Assembly: GCA_004431415.1 (NCBI GenBank) | Contig: QPMI01000071.1 | Coordinates: 372,001 to 436,000, forward strand | DNA from: Cyanophora paradoxa CCMP329 | Lineage: Eukaryota > Plantae > Glaucophyta | DNA length: 64,000 nt | Direction of reading: 5' to 3' | Part shown: positions 44,462 through 55,663 of the stretch, in pieces | How positions within the stretch are numbered: the first letter of the stretch is position 1 | Layout: each line of letters opens with the position of its first letter | The notes under the pieces: model-generated | What the model was told of the DNA's origin: nothing | Seen by the model: the letters and a program-made list of their open reading frames with translations, nothing else | Databases searched by the model: none | Program-made: the position numbers and the translations under genes

Positions 44462-47400
44462 CGGGATTCCGCCTGGAAGGGTGAAAGAAGCAGGAGGAAG
44501 TGAGGGGCAAGAGAGGGAAGGAAGTGAGAGGAGAGAGGGGAGAGAGGAAGCTTCTAGGGGTCTAGCCGGTCAGCATCGCCTCTCGAGGATGATGGGCGCA
44601 CCGCAGCGGGAGGCGGCGCAGAGGAGATGCTAGAAGGAAATCTAGATGGAAACTGGGCCACAAACTAGGAACTGGATATGTCTTATCAAAAAACTATCGA
44701 GCGTGAAACTAGACACGTTTTCTAAACTAGAACCTCTAAACTATGCAAAGGGCGCGCACCGGAGCGGGAGGCGGCGCAGAGGAGGTTGAGAGAGCGGAGG
44801 GCGGGGCAGAAGGCCGCGAGCCGCAGCACCGCCGGCTCCCCCACCTGCGGAGAGGGTCGGCGCGGCGCGGAAGCAAGGGCAAGGGCGAGGGGGCGATCTG
44901 AACCGATCTAGCGGCCAATCTCGACGGCGAGGGGGCGGAGCTCTTATGAGCTTAACAACCTAATCAACTCTAACTGACCAATCAAATTCAACAACCTTAG
45001 TCCGCTCAAATAAATCTTTTAGAAGCCTCTCTAACAACCGCTCTCTCTAATAAACCTCTTGGAAGCCGGTCTAGCAAGCTCTGATAATAAGAGCCGCACC
45101 ATGGCGCAGTGCTCGAGGGTGAGGCAGCGGAGCTGGGCGAGCTCCTCTCCTAAAGGCGCGAACGAGGCGTCGGCCACGTCCTCCCGCGACGTCACGTCCA
45201 GCTCCTCCAGGCTCTGGGGGGGGGGAGGGGGGGGAGGGGGGTGTCAGCAGGCGGGGGGCGGGAGATGCGTCGAAGGAAGGCTCTAAGGAAGGCTCGAAGG
45301 GAGGGGAAGAGGGGGGCGGGGTCAGGAGGCGGGGGGCGGGGGTTGCGGGAGTTGATTGCTTTGAGGTCTAGTTTAGGTTTGAGCCGATCGATCCTTGGCT
45401 CTACCCCTGACGCGCGTTCGGCGGAGGCGGACAGGGGAGGGGGGTACCTGGGATGCCGCGAGGAGGGCCGCGACGACGTCGGCGGGGCCCTTCCCCCGCA
45501 CCCGCGAGCCGCCCGCCACGCCCGTCGCCCGCGCGCCCAGCCGCCTCAGCTTCGGGCACACCTGAGAGGGGGGGGGGGAGTTAGGGGGGGTATGGACGCG
45601 GAGGAGGGGTGGGGGGGGGCACCGCGGCGAGGGCGACGAGAGCGCCGTCGCTGACGCGGGGTAGCCCCCCCAGGTCCGCGGATTCGAGGGCCGGCGGCGC
45701 CGCCGAGGCCAGCGCGGCCACTCCCTCCGTCGTGACCCGGGTACAGTCCCTCAGACCCAGCTCCACCAGGCCCTTGCACGTGGCGCCGATGATCTGCGGG
45801 GGGTACGGCGTCAAGAGGGCGCGCTTCGAGTGGGGGTACGGCGTCAAAGAGGGGGTACCGCGAGCGCGTTGTCGTCGACGTTGCGGCAGTACGAGAGATC
45901 GAGGCGCGTGACGCCCGCGCAGGCCTGAAGGGGGGTACGGGTTCGATTGGGGGGTTGATTCGCTGAGGGGTACAGCTGCGGACCTCGAGCATCGGGTGAA
46001 TCGCGTCGGGCCGCATGGAGAGGGACGAGAGCCTCAGCTCCGCGAGTCCCGCGCAGTTCTGCGAGGAGGGCGGGGGGTACGCGTTAGGTTGGGGAGGGGG
46101 GAAGCTGGCGGAGGGGGATACGTTGCGCTCGCCTGCGAGAAGGCGCGCCAGACGATGGGCGAGGCGCCGCAGAATTTCTCGGGGCACGACCGAAGGGCGG
46201 AGAGGTTCGGGCAGTAGGCCCCCGCCGCCGCCAGCGTCCTTCGGGGGTACAGGTTACATTCAGGCGTGGAGCGCACGAAAGGGGGGGTACGGGGCGCACG
46301 AGGACGTGATGCGCGAGCATTCCCCGAGCGCGAGCACCCGGATCGACTCCCCGCAGGAAGAAAAGACCTGCGGGGCCGATAGATCAGCGCCGTACCCCCC
46401 TCGGCCCGGCCCGGAGCCGCGGTCCGCGCCTCGGCCATGCATCCGTCGGTGACGTCGGTGCACCACTCCAGCTCGAGCCGCTCGAGCTTGCAGGAGCGGG
46501 CCAGGGCGCCCAGGCCAGCCCCCGTCACCTGCCTTCGGTTCGGACCGGGCGGGATCGTCCGGGAGCGCAGGGGGGTACACCTTGATTGGGGCGTCGCGCC
46601 CCGCGAATTTTCGGTTCAGAACGACCTCCCGAAGGTCGGGGCAGCCCTCCGCGAGCGCGCGAAGGCCTGCGGGGCCGCTCGGGGGGTACCGGAGAGGGCG
46701 GCCGGGGGGGTACGGGGCGGCCGCACCGTCGTCCCCCATCTTCAGGCAGTTGGTGGCGTCGAGCGAGCGGAGCCTGCGGCGAAAATCGGGCGGCGAAGCG
46801 GCGCGTTGTACCCCCCCCGGGAGCGGGGCGCCGTACCCCCGGAGGTGGCGGCCGGCCGCGCGGAGCGTCTCGTCTGTCAGTAGGACACAGTCGCGGAGGC
46901 TAAGCGCCTGGGCGAACGAAGCTAAGCGGAGGGGGGTACGCTGGCGGCCGGGCCGGGGGCGAACGGGGTGGGGTACCGTTAGAGAGGGGCACCCCTCCAG
47001 GAAGGGTACGACGTGCTCGTCCCTGAGGAAGCCGCAGCCGTCCAGAGCCGCGCGGGAGAGCAGGGGGGTACAGAAGGAGGGCAGGGCCGCCCCGCCGCGG
47101 AGCGCGGCCCAGCCGCCGGCGACGGCGGCCGACAGGATGGGCTGCAGCAACGAGTCGCTCGCGTCGGGCCGCCCCGCCGCCTCCGCGAACCGGCGCTCGT
47201 GGTCCAGCTCCATACCCGTCGCCTCGGCCGCTTTGACGTGCCCCCGCGCCTGCAAGAGAGCTCAGCTTTGGCTTCGTGGACGCGTGGGGAGGCGGCCGGG
47301 GCGCGCCTTGTCGCTCCGGAGGCCGAGCGTCCGGAAGTACCCGGCGAACGCGTCCGTACCCCGCTTGCAGCGCTCGCTCTCCGTCACGCGCAGGTACCCT

Positions 47401-47970
47401 GCGCGCGGCGCTCGGACGCCCGGGCGCGCTGCGGCGGCGGCGCGGATCGCATCCGGACCGGCGAGGGCGCGGTCGGGCTGGCCCGTGTTCTCGAGGGCGC
47501 AGGCGTGCCTCAGGAGCGCTTTCAAATTCCTCGGCTCGCGCTTCAGAACCTCCTCGCAGTCGGCGAGGGCCTCTTCGAACTTGCCCTGCGCAGCGCCGGC
47601 TCGCGAGTGAGTGGGCGACCGGGCCGGGCCGGGAGCGCGGCGCGGAATCGTGAGGCGGTTTGCGAGCGGACCTGCTTCACGTAGCACGCGGCGCGGTTGT
47701 TTCGGAAGGTGGCCTCGTCCGCCTGGCCCCCGCTCAGCTCGATCGCTTTCCCGTAGCACTCCGCCGCCTTGTCGAGCTCGCCGCGCTTGAAGAACTCGTT
47801 CCCGCGCTCCTTCCACTGCGCCGCCGCCTGCGCACCGGGCCGGGGCGTCAGCTTCGTCAGAAGGCTCGCGCGGGCTTCCCGATCGGAGGTCTCCAGGGGA
47901 TGCGGGCGATCTCAAATGGCTAGCTAGGCTCGCATGAGGCGCGTCGGGGCGCCAGCTTCGCACGAACCAT
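42504..47970 (-). CDS. TPR (Hsp70/Hsp90 carboxylate-clamp type) + cysteine-containing RNI-like LRR protein with acidic tail
   Basis: ATG|intron|AAAQWKERGNEFFKRGELDKAAECYGKAIEL...FRNNRAACYVKQ|GKFEEALADCEEVLKREPRNLKALLRHACA. More than 12 LRRs follow (LSLRDCVLLTDETL, LDATNCLKMGDDGL, LELEWCTDVTDG, LDLSYCRNVDD, LDVSGCR), ending in a D/E tract. The start exon (ATG only) is tentative. Confidence 0.82.
44171..44252. repeat. Intronic microsatellite (AGCTAGA)n
   Basis: About 11 copies of a 7-bp unit. Confidence 0.9.
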
Positions 47971-48218
47971 CTCTGATGAGGCTCTGGGGCTGTACCCGGC
48001 GACTGCGGCGAAAGCGCATCGATTCAGCCGCCCGCTGCGCCCCGGCCAGCTAGCCGGCATATCTCTGCTCCTTAGTTCGTGTTGGAGCTACAGGAGCAGC
48101 AACAGCCGCAACTGCCGCGGCTGCCGCAGCTTTTCAAAACGTGAGTCCCGGCGCGGCGCGGCGCGCGCGGCCCGCGCGACGTCGCGCCCGCTGATATCAA
48201 TCGTATGGCGCAGATCAA

Positions 48219-50841
48219 ATGTCCCCAGAGCGCGCGGGGAAGCGGGCCCGCGTGGACGGGGCGGCGGAAACCGCGACCGCCCCGGATCCTCTGCAGGCGC
48301 CACTGCCGGACCCGTTCGACGCCCTGCCCGACGCGGTGGTGAGCGATGTATTCAAGGCGCTCGGGTACCAAAACTCCTGGCCCCTTCGCCGCGTCTGCAG
48401 GTCCGTGTCGCGCGCGCCCCGGCCCGGCCCGGCCCGGCCCCACCGCAGCTGCAGGGGCCGCGAACGCCCGTTCTCGGATTACTCTTACGTGTAGCTAACG
48501 ACGAAGCGGATCGCAGGCGGTGGCGGCGGGTGGTCGAGGAGACGGAGTGGGCGGGCGTCGAGCTGACGATCTGGGGCAGCTCGGGGGAGGACCGGGACGG
48601 CGAGCAGACGCGCCGCTTCCGATCGGCTCTCTCCGTCTTCGAGAACAGGAAGCTCAGGCTCGCAAAGGGCGTCGCCCTGCGGGCGCGGCTCCCGTTCGAT
48701 AGAACTCAGCCCGAGCCGGAGGACAACGAAGACTGGGAGGCGGTGGGCTTGCCGCCGCCGCCGCCGCGGACCAAGACGAAGTGGACGGCGGAGAAGGGCG
48801 CGAACCGGCGCACCGTCGGCGCGGCGTGCAGCCTCCTCGCGGCGATCGCCCGCAGCCACTCCGGCCCAGCGGAGCTTCTCGACGTCTTCGTCGGGCTGGA
48901 CGGAGTGGGCCCCGGCGACCTCTCCGACCCTCGTTTCCTCAACTCCTACCTCCTCGGCGTTCTGGGGGCCCTGGCGCCCCCGGGGGGCGCCCCCAGCGCC
49001 CTCCAGATCCTCAGCGTCGGCTTAAACGGGGTGCAGCTGGACGACCCGGGCTCCTTACGCTGCCCCACGTGGCCGCCGGCCGCCGAGCTGCGGGCCGCGC
49101 TCGCCCCCTTCGGCAAGCTGCTCTCGCTCACCCTCGTCTTCGACCAGTCCTGCCTGGGCGTCAGCCCGCAGGCGGCCGCCGCCATCGCCGAAGCTTGCCC
49201 GCTGCTGGAGCACGTCTGCCTCTGCCCCTCCTTCGAGGACAAGGCCCCGGACGGCGTCCTGGCGTCCCTGTCCCGCCTCGCCCACCTCGCCCACCTGATC
49301 GTCCACTGGCCCTCGGCCTCGTCCTGGCCATGGGACGGCGGCCACGACGAAGCCAAGGTCCTTGAGCGTCTCTTAAGCTTATACACGTCTGAGCCTTTTT
49401 ATCTAATGTCTTCTATGGTCTTCTAAGGTCCTGGACGGCGGCGTCGTGGCGCTCGCGACCGGCCCGGCGGGGCAGAGCCTTAGGGGACTGGCCTTCCACA
49501 CTTCGATCTACGGCTACCGGTGCGTGGCCAGTGTTTTACGTTCTATGATATGATCTATACGTTCTATGATCTCTTTCCATTAGGGACTTGGACGAGTCTT
49601 GGGACCCGTACACGTGGCTCCGCCTCGCGGACGTCGAGCTCTCGGGCGGGGCCCTCGCCGCCCTGGGGGGCATGCCCCTCCTCGAGTACCTCGAGCCGCT
49701 CCAGGTGCGCTTTCTAAGCTAACCTAACCTAAGCGAAACTAAGCTAATCTAAACTGTTTATAAGCTAAACTAAGCTAGGCTAAGCTAATCTAAGCCAGTT
49801 ATAAGCTAATTATAAACTAAGCTAAGCTAAGCGGCTTATTTGTGAGCTGGCTAGCTAGCCGGCCCTGACTTGCCCCGCGGCCCCGCCCCCGCCCCCGCGC
49901 CCCGCCGACCCCTACCCAGCTCAACCCGGACCACGTGACCCCGAAGGCCGTCCTCGCCCTCGGGCGCGTACCCGGCCTCCGGGAGGCCAGCGTCGTGGTT
50001 CGGGAGCCGGTGGGGTACAGCGACGACCCGGCGGGCCGGGCCGCGGCGCTGGCCGGCCTGTTGGGAGCCCTCGGGCAAGCCCTCTCCGAGGCGCCGAGCG
50101 TGGAGCGGCTCACCCTCAAGCTCGAGCGTGCGCCGAAAGTAGATCTAGTAGATCGCTTCACCTGACTTCGTTCGCATGTCGTGCAGTTCGCGGGTACGTC
50201 GACTTCTACCACACGGAGGAAGATCGCGACCAGTTCGAAAGGGCCCGCGCGGCCCTGGGCCCGGGGGCCGTCGCCGCCCTTCTGGGGAGCGCCGGCGTGC
50301 AGCGGAGCCTCGTGTTCCTCCTGCTGCACGCCGCGCACAAGGTGACGGATGCTAGTTATAAGCTAATTCTAAGCTAATCTAAGCTAGCTGTAAGCTAATT
50401 ATTGTAATTACAAGATGACGGAGGCCGAGGCGGAGGCGGTGGTGGCCCTGGGGGCCCTCGAGCGCCTCCAACTCGAGTACGAGCTCGAGCCCGAGCAGAC
50501 CGACTCCCTCCGGCCCTACGAGGTGCCTGCTTCGCTTGTAATTACATTTTTCATCGCTCGTAATTAAAAACTATGCGACGCGTTCACATAATCCTTAAAG
50601 ATCAAGCGAAGTTTGTTTGTTTCACATCTTCCAATCGAGCGATCGTCTAATATCGGCGCACGCCTGTACCCCGCCCCGCCAGATCCTCCTGGGGCTCCAC
50701 CCCAACGTCCGGGCATGCGTGAACGCGAGCTCGGGCCACCGACTGGGCTCCAACGAGAGCCCCGAGGGGATGGGCGTCCGCGAGCTCGAGGCCGTCCGCG
50801 AGATGTTCAGAGGAGAAGGGCGCTGGGGCTGGCGCTGGTGA
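48219..50841 (+). CDS. F-box/RNI-like LRR protein, paralog 3
   Basis: MSPERAGKRARV...FDALPDAVVSDVFKALGYQNSWPLRRVCR|RWRRVVEETEW, with the same exon layout as paralogs 1 and 2. Ends ...REMFRGEGRWGWRW*. Confidence 0.82.
49716..49832. repeat. Intronic (CTAAG/CTAAC/CTAAT)n array; a second array lies at 50351-50400
   Basis: Directly visible 5-bp-period array resembling reiterated branch-point motifs. Confidence 0.8.
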
Positions 50842-51518
50842 CGCCATCGATATCCCGCCCGAGCCTGGCGCCCCGCCCCCCGCCGCGCGCTGCGCTTCGG
50901 CTGTTTCTTAAGAAACTTCTCTCGAGCTCAATGTATCAGTGATGGCTTGCAAAGATCTTGCTATTCACTTGGGCTTAGTTCTCGAGATCAAATTCTATTA
51001 ATCACATTTGATCTCTCAGAGGAGAAGGGCGCTGGTGCTGGCGGTGGTGACGCCGTCCCCCCCGAGCCTGGCGCCCCGCCCTCCCCCTTCCCCCCCCCCC
51101 CCCCCCCTCCCGCCCCCGCCCCCGGCGGTGGCTGTGTGACGTCGTCCCGCCCTAGCCTCGCGGCTCTCAGCGGGCAGCCGCCCGCCCCTCCCACCCCCCC
51201 CCTCCACCCCCCCTCACCCCACCCCCACCTCCTCCCCCTCCCCTCCCCGGCTCTCCTTTACGCCTCTCCCCCCAGGCGCCGGCGGGGCGCCTTCCGGCTA
51301 CGCCTTTACGCCGGCTTCCGCCCCTTCCTTCGCCGCACCCCCCCCCCCCCCCCCCCCGGCCCCCCCCCACCCCTGCCCCTTCCCTTCCCTCCTGCGTCGC
51401 ATCGCTCCCCGCAGCCCCATCGTTATCTCCCCCATCGCACCCCTCCCCCAACTGCCCATCGTCATTCTCCTATTTTCTCCTCCCTTGGCCGCCCTTATTT
51501 TTGCTATATATCTGCGAC

Positions 51519-52822
51519 CGGACGACGGTGCGGCCGCCGCTCCTGCGAGCTCCCGTCACCGTCTCTCACGCCGCACGCCCGCCCGCGCGCCCGCCCGCCC
51601 GCAGCGGTGGACACGGCGCTCGGGCCGCTGGTCCGCCCGCAGTACTCGTTCACGTTCTTCCTCCTCGAGCGGCCCGACCCGGATCCCAGCGCGCCGTGGC
51701 GCCTGCTCCGCGCCGGGCGGCAGCGCCACGGCTGGGTCTTCGCGGACGGTGCGCCCCTCGACTCGCGAGCCGCCGGCGCCTGGCCGCTCACGGCTGAGCA
51801 GGGTACAAGAACGTCGACGCCGCGCTCCAGGCCTGCGCGCGCTTCGCCTGGGAGCGCCTCATCCCGCTCGTCGGCGCCCCAGACACCAAGGTACGCCCTT
51901 CGCGGGCCGCCTGTACCCCCGAGCGGGCCTGACCCGTACCCCCTCCGCCCCAGAGCCCCGCGGGGCGCGACCGGTCGATCCGCCTCGCGGACTCTTACCG
52001 CGCGTCAGTGTCCGTTCTCGACGAGGACCCATCCTCGCGTACCCCCGCCCACTCCCGCGCCCTCTCCGCCGTCGGTCCCCTCGCGGACGGTGCGGCGGCC
52101 CCGCGCGCCCCGACCGTGTACCCCGCCCACGCCTCCGCACCCCCACAGCCTACTTCGGAGGCATCCTGAACGCCCTCGCCTTCGTCGCCTCCTTTACCCT
52201 CGACACCCAGGCGCGTGTACCCCCAGGATGAAGCCTTGTACCCCTTGACTCTTCCCCCCCGGGCCCTCAGGTCCTGCGGCACGTGCACTGGGCCCGTGAG
52301 CCGACGCGTGACGAGGCCCTGGGGGGGGTACGTCTTCGAGGCCGAGCACCTCCCCTTCGTCCTCGACACCAATGCGTGCGCTGTACTCCTCGGTTCCCCC
52401 GCTCCCGTACCCCTGCGACCCCTGGGGTACGCGCAGCTGGAACCTGGACTCGGCGCTGACGCTGGACCCCCCCGTCCACTTCGTGGCGTTCGTCCCGTCG
52501 GCGGCGCGCTCGCCGCTGCACCTGCGCCTGCCCGGCGGCCGCCTCTCGGCCGAAGGGGCCTTCCTGGTCCCCGGCTGGGGCGGCCTCGCCCTCGCGCACG
52601 TTCCCAACGCGACCGATCCCGAGTCCGAGGCGCGGGCCGCCCTCCGCTCGGCGATGCCCATCTTTGTGGGGCAGCTGCGGCTCCTGCTGGGCCTACCCCC
52701 CCTCGACCCGGCGCTCTCGCCCTGCGCCCGCTCGGACGCCCCGCCGGCCCCGCCGGCCCGCCTCCTGACCTGCCCCGAGGCCGCCATCTGCGACTGGGAA
52801 ATCGACGTCCTCGCCCGCGGCC

Positions 52823-52854
<32 letters not shown>

Positions 52855-53660
52855 TCCCTCCGCTCCCTCACAGCCCTTGTCGACCAGCAGAAGAACATGG
52901 TACCACGCTCGCATCCCTTACCCCCCCGCCGCTCTTCGCCAACGCGTACCCCCACAGGTCGTTGGGGACCACATTCGGAATCTCTGCGACCTTGCAGTCG
53001 AGCAGCTCCGCGACGTGCGCTGCCCCGTACCCCCCTCCCCATGCTGTACCCGCCCGACCGCCTCCCGCAGGCCCGCGCGGCGGTGGCGTCTCTGGACCCG
53101 CGGGCGGCCCTCAGCGCCGCCCTCTCCGCCGCCCGCCGCGCCCTCGTGGTGCGAGAGACGTACCCCTCCTTTCTTCTACCCCCATCTAATCGCGTACCCC
53201 CGCAGGCCTCGCGGGATGCTTTCTTCGACCCGACGATGCTCGGAATGATGTACTTCTCCGACGAGCGTAAGGTACCCCCCGGCCCCCGCCCCGCCCCGCT
53301 CGCCCCACTCATCCGCCTGACACCCGTACCCAGGCGGCGGTCTACATTCCGATCGCGCTGCCGGTGGCGATCCCGATCGTGACGGGCTTCTTGAGGCAGC
53401 TGCGGTACCGGCGGGAGAAGCGCCGCAGGAAGGCGGCGGAGGCGGCGGCCAAGGCGCAGGACGACGCGGCGGGCGGGGACGCGGCTGGCGCAGGCGCGGG
53501 CGTCGGCGCTGGCGCGGCGCCCTCTGCGGAGGCGCGGCCGGCGGCGCCGGCGGCGGCGGCAGCGAAGGCGGCGCGACCTTCGGCTTCGGCCGGCCAGGGC
53601 GGGGCGCCCGCCGCCCGCGACTTCGGCCGGCGGCGGGCAAGGCTCTGGCGGACGCCGGCG
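51519..53660 (+). pseudogene. PIGS: 5'-truncated, diverged PIG-S copy
   Basis: Homology to the full copy starts at ggacgacggtgcggccgc (end of exon 2). No start codon or first TM exon. The conserved YFPDEHK has become YFSDERK and the tail has diverged. Confidence 0.8.
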
Positions 53661-54367
53661 CCAGATACTGGCATCATACTGCGGCCCGGCGGGCTTCGAA
53701 GATCTCGAAGATTTCCGAAGTTGAACTACCAGGGTAGTCAAGGCCTGCTGCCGCAGTGCTGCGCATCATCGAGCGGCGCATGCGGCATGCCGCAGTGCCA
53801 GGCTGAGTGAAGTGCGCTTGCATGAATAAACGAATTCGAAGCTGAAGGGTTCGACTCCTCGCAGAATACATACGGCGCGGGGCCCCAACTTGGGCCCCCA
53901 AGCCTAGGCCCCCAATTGCAAGTTTGCAACCCTATGGGCCTAATCAATTGCGCGACCAAAAAAAACAATCGTATGCGTGAATTAGATCATCGAATGCATA
54001 TGTGGCCCTATAATGTGCCTTAAATGTGGGCCCATTGTGGGGTTCGACTCGGCGTCGAGTTACTGAGTCGGCGAGCCGCTGACTCAGTGAGGGGGGCCTC
54101 GGCCCTCGAGCCGACACGGCCCGGAATGCGCAGGGCCGGCACTGGCCGCCGGTGGCCGGCAGTACTAGTGGCCCGGCAGTACCGTAGTACTAGTGGGCCG
54201 CCGCCGGCCCGCCGGCACCCCTCACACTGTGACAGACGAGTCACAGTGGGCCTCACTGGGCCCTCAGTGGCCCCTCACTGGCCCCGCATGATCATGATCA
54301 GGGCCTCGTCGCCGGGCCGAGTCGTCGGGCCCTCGAGCTCGAGCCGCTGAACTCGTAATTAAAAATA

Positions 54368-54601
54368 CTGTAGAACTAGTTTATTTAGTACAGGAAAATA
54401 ATTAGTAGTTCGCCAAAACTGTCACTTTAGCAGGGGCAAAATCTTTAGTAGGTCGGGCTTCGCAGGGGTTTTGTATGGCGGAGAAGGGACTACCCCTAAG
54501 AAATCTCGGCTTTAGCAGGCGAGAAATATTTAGTAGATCGCCCAAAACTTTTTAGTACTATATATAAATATGCAGCCCACTAAATATTTCTAGTTCTACA
54601 G
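54368..54601. mobile_element. MITE family 2 (terminal inverted repeat CTGTAGAACTAG, TA target-site duplication)
   Basis: TA|CTGTAGAACTAG...CTAGTTCTACAG|TA, with internal tttagtag/tttagcagg subrepeats. Confidence 0.8.
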
Positions 54602-54796
54602 TAAGCTTAAGGCGGCCCTTAGGCGGGCTTAGGCGGCCCCTAACTTTGTTTTTCTTGGTAAGGCGGCCCCTTACTACTGGGCCCTTAGTAGGGGCCCTTA
54701 CACCGGGCCTTACTAAAGTTAGGCGGGTACTACGGTACTCGGACCGTACTCCGACTCTCCGAGGACCGAGGCTCATGATCACTACGTATACGTATA

Positions 54797-55016
54797 CTGT
54801 AGGCGTAGTTTTTTAGCCGTGGTAAATAATTGCCGTAAATTGCCGAGAGGCCGAATTCGGCAATTTATACGTAGCACCACGGCAATTGCTTTGGGGTAGC
54901 GGATTTCCTAGACCGCCATAGAGCAGAAATCTGGATTCGGCAATTTATCGCCACGGCAATTCCAGGTTGGGCGGATTCGGCAAATTAACTCCACGGCAAT
55001 TTAACTACGCCTACAG
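54797..55016. mobile_element. MITE family 1, copy b (terminal inverted repeat CTGTAGGCGTAGTT, TA target-site duplication)
   Basis: Perfect 14-bp inverted repeats flanked by TA. Internal homology to 18973-19174. Confidence 0.82.
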
Positions 55017-55663
55017 TACATTGGTACACGCGCATTGGTACTACGGTACTACTACCGGTACGGCGGTACATTGGTCCATGGTACCGTAGTAGTACGCGCG
55101 CATGGTACAGTACTAGGGTACCGGTACGTACCAGTATATCGTTGACTCGGTGAACGCCACACTACTGTGACCGTCGGACACTAGTACATGTACTACGGTA
55201 CACGGCGCGCGCCGCCGGCGGGCCGAATTCGAAGCAGCGTACTACGGTACTATTACGGTCACCGGGTATACAAGTTCACCACACATACTAGTATAGCGCC
55301 ATTGCTAGCTAGGACAGCCGCAGGCTAGGCCCTGAGGAGTATACGTAGTAATACTGTACATGTAGCCCCTGCTTCGCCGGCGCGTATCTTCAAGGCCGTG
55401 CGGCCGCGGCTTAAGAGCTCAGCGGCTTCTAAATCTCCATCATGTTCAAGCGCCACTATAGCGCTAGTTTCGCGCATGCAGCGCTCGAGGCTGCGTGTCT
55501 ATGAGTGAGCTCATGTTCGTGATCATGATCAGTATTAGTCGTCGAAGCGCCAGCGTTGGACATGTCCCACGCGCAAGTTGGGCTGCAACTCTAGCCCTGC
55601 TTATCCAGGCACGCACGGCTGTTTGCAAACGTCAACCACGGCTATCGAAGACCTTTTTAACCC

